The position numbers were made by a program, and so were the translations under genes. Positions 8,830 through 11,761 of a stretch of 11,761 bases of DNA are shown here, piece after piece (position 1 is the first letter of the stretch; every line of letters starts with the position of its first letter). Where the stretch lies: the IMG/VR virus record IMGVR_UViG_2617271050_000004; one strand, written 5' to 3'. The stretch is from a virus (lineage: Duplodnaviria; Heunggongvirae; Uroviricota; Caudoviricetes). The notes below the pieces were generated by a model. It was not told the origin of the DNA. It ran no database searches and worked only from the letters and a program-made list of their open reading frames with translations.

Positions 8830-10002
8830 TTACGCGCTGACCTGGCTGGCGAAATTCACCAGGTACTGATCGGTGATGCGCTGACGCAGCATCAGGTTTT
8901 CAAGTGGCGGCACTGGCGTGTAGTCGTAGTCGATGGTGAGTTTTCCGGCTTTCAGCGTGTCTTTGTCGTTCACCGACTCATCCAGCCAGCAATCACCACC
9001 AATGAGATAGCCCTGACTGACCAGGCTGCGCATTTTGGCGCGGATACCTTCGATAATGTCGCGGGCCAGCGACGGGTTAAGCGGTTTATCCACCGCCCAC
9101 AGGTGTGCTTCTGCCATCGTGTCCATCAGCACCTGCGCCGTGCGGGTGTAGTTTTCGAAGGCAAAGAGCGGGTCATCACTCAGGCAGCGGGAACCCCAGA
9201 AGCGGAAACCGTCTTTACGCACAAGCGTGGTGACGTCGTTCTGGTTCAGCAGACCTGCATCGGTTGCCGGGTCCTGCAGATCCCAGAACACATCTGCAGA
9301 AATTCCGGTGACACCGTTCACGCCCACGTTGGACAGGCTTTTGTGCCATCCGGTCTGCTCGTCAATTTTGGCGCGCAGACCAAGCGCACGGGCGGTGGCA
9401 TATGCCGTTGCTTCGGCATTCAGCACCGTGTCCCAGCCAGTAAAGTCAGGCCAGATCAGCATCCCTTCGCGCTGGCTGAAGTTTTCGCGGTAAGTGATCG
9501 CCTCCTGCACTGTCTTGCAGCCATACGCTGACAGGTAAGCAAATCCACGCAGGCTTTGCGCCACGCTTAGCAACTCAGTAGCTACCGCCTTGGTGTCGTG
9601 GCCTGGCACGCCGAGAATGCGCGGTTTAACGCCGAGCTGTGACTGGGCAGATAACAGGGCTTTCATACCTGTTTTTTTACCTTCAGCAGTCACTGCGCCG
9701 ATGATATTGGTCGTGGTTTCGTCTTCCGTTTCACCCTGCGGCACACGCACAACAATGGTCACGGGTTTTGCCTGGTCAGCGATGGCATCCAGCGAACGGG
9801 CCAGAGTACCTGACTCACCCGCTTTACCGCTGGCAGTCAGCACATCAGTGATCAGCACGGGTTTATTAAGAGGAAACATTTTTGCATCGGCATCATCGCC
9901 CGTGCAGACCATACCCACGATGGCGGTGCTCACCGTGGTAATGGATCGGGTGCCTTCGTTGACTTCAACAACGCGCACCCCGTGGTGGTAATCCTGAGCC
10001 AT
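8830..10002 (-). CDS. FI: contractile tail sheath protein FI (390 aa)
   Basis: Translation [34 protein letters not shown]... is closely similar to P2 FI from memory. A strong RBS (AGGAGG) lies about 9 nt upstream of ATG 10000-10002. Confidence 0.92.
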   Translation of the reverse strand: MAQDYHHGVRVVEVNEGTRSITTVSTAIVGMVCTGDDADAKMFPLNKPVLITDVLTASGKAGESGTLARSLDAIADQAKPVTIVVRVPQGETEDETTTNIIGAVTAEGKKTGMKALLSAQSQLGVKPRILGVPGHDTKAVATELLSVAQSLRGFAYLSAYGCKTVQEAITYRENFSQREGMLIWPDFTGWDTVLNAEATAYATARALGLRAKIDEQTGWHKSLSNVGVNGVTGISADVFWDLQDPATDAGLLNQNDVTTLVRKDGFRFWGSRCLSDDPLFAFENYTRTAQVLMDTMAEAHLWAVDKPLNPSLARDIIEGIRAKMRSLVSQGYLIGGDCWLDESVNDKDTLKAGKLTIDYDYTPVPPLENLMLRQRITDQYLVNFASQVSA

Positions 10003-10078
10003 AGTGGCGAACCTCCTGATTGGATTAGGCTTCGCCCTATGTTGAAGTGATTGTGCCTGACAAACAGCTAAGCGCAGT

Positions 10079-10096
10079 TGTACCGTTATTCACACA
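10079..10096 (-). promoter_or_regulatory. Candidate Ogr-dependent P2-type late promoter activator site (TGT-N12-ACA) for the FI operon
   Basis: Palindromic TGT-N12-ACA element centred at 10087/10088, about 85 nt upstream of the FI start codon. This fits an activator site centred near -55 with a roughly 30-nt leader. No good -35 is present, as expected for an activator-dependent promoter. Confidence 0.4.
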
Positions 10097-10144
10097 AAAT
10101 GACGGTATTTGTCTGCTTTCAGGGATAATCAAAATAAAGCTGAT

Positions 10145-10711
10145 TCAGGGAGATTTATTGCTCTTATTTGCCGGAAATTTTCGATAAATGGTAGAAACGC
10201 CTACATCAAAAATCAGTGCAATACGCTGTCTTGATTCTCCGGCCTCGAGTAAACGCCCAATCTGTGCCCACTGTTCGCTGGTCAACTTAGGACGGCGTCC
10301 ACCTACTCTGCCCTTAGCACGAGCTGCAGCCAGCCCCGCCCTGGTACGTTCAACTATCAGTTCGCGTTCCATTTCAGCCAGGGCACCCATGACATGAAAA
10401 AAGAAACGGCCCATTGGGGTGCTGGTATCAATACTGTCAGTCAGGCTTCGGAAATTCACGCCACGCTGGCGCAGCTCTTCTATCAGCGTAACAAGATGCC
10501 GCATACTGCGCCCCAGTCTGTCCAGCTTCCAGACAACCAGCGTGTCTCCTGCCGATAGTGTCCTGAGCAGCTTTTTCAGCCCCGGTCTGTCTGACTTGGT
10601 GCCACTGATTTTATCCTCAAAAATCCGCTCACATCCCGCACAGTTCAGTGCATTGCGTTGCAAATCGGTGTTCTGGTCATTTGTTGACACGCGTACATAG
10701 CCAATAAGCAT
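10145..10711 (-). CDS. serine-recombinase DNA invertase (Gin/Hin/Pin/Cin family, about 188 aa)
   Basis: N-terminus MLIGYVRVSTNDQNTDLQRNAL... with the catalytic serine context VRVSTxxQ, and a C-terminal helix-turn-helix (VGVSTIYRKF). It is near-identical in pattern to the e14 Pin and Mu Gin invertases. I place the start at the second ATG (10709-10711) because GGGGGA lies about 5 nt upstream; the ORF track starts 6 nt earlier. Confidence 0.9.
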   Translation of the reverse strand: MLIGYVRVSTNDQNTDLQRNALNCAGCERIFEDKISGTKSDRPGLKKLLRTLSAGDTLVVWKLDRLGRSMRHLVTLIEELRQRGVNFRSLTDSIDTSTPMGRFFFHVMGALAEMERELIVERTRAGLAAARAKGRVGGRRPKLTSEQWAQIGRLLEAGESRQRIALIFDVGVSTIYRKFPANKSNKSP

Positions 10712-10738
10712 GATCATCCCCCTGAATAAAAACCGGAA

Positions 10739-11290
10739 ATGATGCCAGTTAGCCGTTATCTCTGCATTTTCATAAACGTTGGTTTAGGAGAAGGCTCAGC
10801 ATTGCCTGTTGGCGTACCTGTTCCGTGGCCCTCAGCCACTCCGCCAACAGGCTGGCTAAAATGCAACGGAGCAGCTTTTTCTGCTGAAGAATACCCAGAA
10901 CTGGCAAAGGCTTACCCGACAAATAAATTGCCTGATTTACGTGGTGAGTTTATTCGTGGCTGGGATGACGGACGTGGTATGGATACGGGGAGGGCAATAT
11001 TATCAGCTCAGGGCGATGCCATACGTAATATCTATGGTGAGTTCAAGACTGTAAACACCGAAAATTATTCAATATGGGAATCAGTAGGCTCGTTTAAGGG
11101 GGCAGTGGTGCCTTTGAATCCATCAACGAACAATAGTTATTTCTCCTTAATCAGAAGTATGGTGACTGAAAGAACAGATGGCGCTGTTTACCCAAAAGTG
11201 ATTGGCCTTGATGCTTCAAGAATTGTTCCAACTGCAAACGAAAACCGTCCTCGTAACATTGCCTTTAATTATATCGTGAGAGCTGCCTGA
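10739..11290 (+). CDS. tail-fibre C-terminal variable cassette (alternative, currently unfused orientation)
   Basis: The ORF starts in or at the crossover site and reads into the segment. The translation (GVPVPWPSATPPTGWLKCNGAAFSAEEYPELAKAYPTNKLPDLRGEFIRGWDDGRGMD...) resembles the receptor-binding C-terminal part of phage tail fibres (Mu S/S', P1 S, P2 H). There is no convincing RBS and no N-terminal constant part on this strand. Its stop overlaps the start of the downstream assembly gene (TGATG). Confidence 0.7.
   Translation: MMPVSRYLCIFINVGLGEGSALPVGVPVPWPSATPPTGWLKCNGAAFSAEEYPELAKAYPTNKLPDLRGEFIRGWDDGRGMDTGRAILSAQGDAIRNIYGEFKTVNTENYSIWESVGSFKGAVVPLNPSTNNSYFSLIRSMVTERTDGAVYPKVIGLDASRIVPTANENRPRNIAFNYIVRAA
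10767..10792. promoter_or_regulatory. Candidate 26-bp invertase crossover site (gix/hix-like) bounding the invertible tail-fibre segment
   Basis: TTTTCATAAACG-TT-GGTTTAGGAGAA: two imperfect 12-bp inverted half-sites around a 2-bp core, with the AAAC..GGTTT centre typical of gix/hix sites (about 9 of 12 matches per half-site to TTATCAAAAACC as recalled). It lies 56 bp from the invertase start, inside the 5' end of the tail-fibre cassette ORF. Confidence 0.45.
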
Positions 11291-11554
11291 TGAATAAAGC
11301 CGTATTAAATAACGAACTCATTGCCATAAAAGCGGGAGACATTACCATTTATAATTATGATGGTGAAACGCGGGAATATATTTCCACATCAACTGAATAT
11401 CTTGCGGTTGGCGTCGGTATCCCGGCATGTTCTTGTTTAGATGCACCAGTTACACATAAAGCTGGTTATGCAATCTGCCGATCTGCAGATTTTAACTCAT
11501 GGGAATGTGTGCCAGACCATCGCGGTGAAATCGTCTTTAGCACCGAAACAGGAN
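11290..11554 (+). CDS. tail-fibre assembly protein (Tfa/U'-like), N-terminal part, truncated by the assembly gap
   Basis: Translation MNKAVLNNELIAIKAGDITIYNYDGETREYI... has the look of Tfa N-terminal domains and is start/stop-coupled to the preceding tail-fibre cassette. The ORF runs into the N-run at 11555. Confidence 0.65.
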
Positions 11555-11564
11555 NNNNNNNNNG
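11555..11564. other. Assembly gap (10 N)
   Basis: A run of ten n characters. Coding frames on the two sides are incompatible, so the true gap is larger than 10 bp or the join is artificial. Confidence 0.95.
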
Positions 11565-11761
11565 GCGTTAAGTCGGGTTGTTTCTGCCTGCGTCAGTTTA
11601 CGTGCGGCCTGCAATTTCAGCTGAATCAGACTGATGGAAGCCATTGCAGCATCAATCAGTGACTGACGCTGTGCTTCTGCCGCGTCTACTGCGGCATTAT
11701 GCTGTGCCTCAGTATCTGTCACCCATTTCTCACCATCCCATTTATCGTATGGCGTTAACGG
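11565..11761 (-). CDS. tail-fibre assembly protein (Tfa/U-like), C-proximal fragment; N-terminus lies beyond the window end, C-terminus is lost in the gap
   Basis: The minus-strand frame is open from the window edge: PLTPYDKWDGEKWVTDTEAQHNAAVDAAEAQRQSLIDAAMASISLIQLKLQAARKLTQAETTRLNA. This matches the conserved C-terminal region of lambda/e14-type Tfa proteins from memory. It is convergent with the plus-strand tfa, as in Mu G or P1 C invertible segments. Confidence 0.65.

Larger units (their letters stand above)
2856..11761. mobile_element. P2-family prophage, right arm (late tail genes plus invertible tail-fibre switch); continues beyond the window end
   Basis: Uninterrupted P2 synteny on the minus strand (ogr-D-U-T-E/E'-FII-FI), then invertase and tail-fibre cassettes. 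The left boundary (att site) lies somewhere in 2621-2855 and cannot be fixed without the other prophage end. Confidence 0.85.

Noticed and set aside
9103-9991. Plus-strand ORFs of 142, 88 and 133 aa antisense to FI
   Set aside because: Antisense to the strongly supported sheath gene; no independent support.
10188-10700. Plus-strand ORFs of 69 and 93 aa antisense to the invertase gene
   Set aside because: Antisense to a highly conserved invertase; Ser/Arg-rich translations.
11441-11662. 73-aa plus-strand ORF reading across the N-run
   Set aside because: Artefact of translating through the assembly gap; contains XXXX from the Ns.
1-11761. CRISPR array or other tandem repeat arrays
   Set aside because: No regularly spaced direct repeats of 25-40 bp are visible anywhere in the window.

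Overview
The window joins a chromosomal backbone of Escherichia/Shigella type (grxA, ybjM, ybjL; 1-2620) to the right arm of an integrated P2-family prophage that runs from about 2856 to the window end. The prophage part is a complete, syntenic P2 tail block on the minus strand: ogr, D, U, T (tape measure), E with its programmed -1 frameshift product E+E', FII (tube) and FI (sheath). It is followed by a Gin/Hin/Pin-family serine invertase and the invertase-proximal half of an invertible tail-fibre host-range segment, which is interrupted by a 10-N assembly gap. I found no rRNA, tRNA or CRISPR array by eye, and every substantial ORF can be placed in a known family, so I do not see a new system here. 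The points worth a second look are regulatory and structural: the frameshift site, the inversion switch and its gap, a candidate Ogr-type late promoter, and the host-prophage junction. All protein identifications are from reading the translations and recalling family members, not from a database search.
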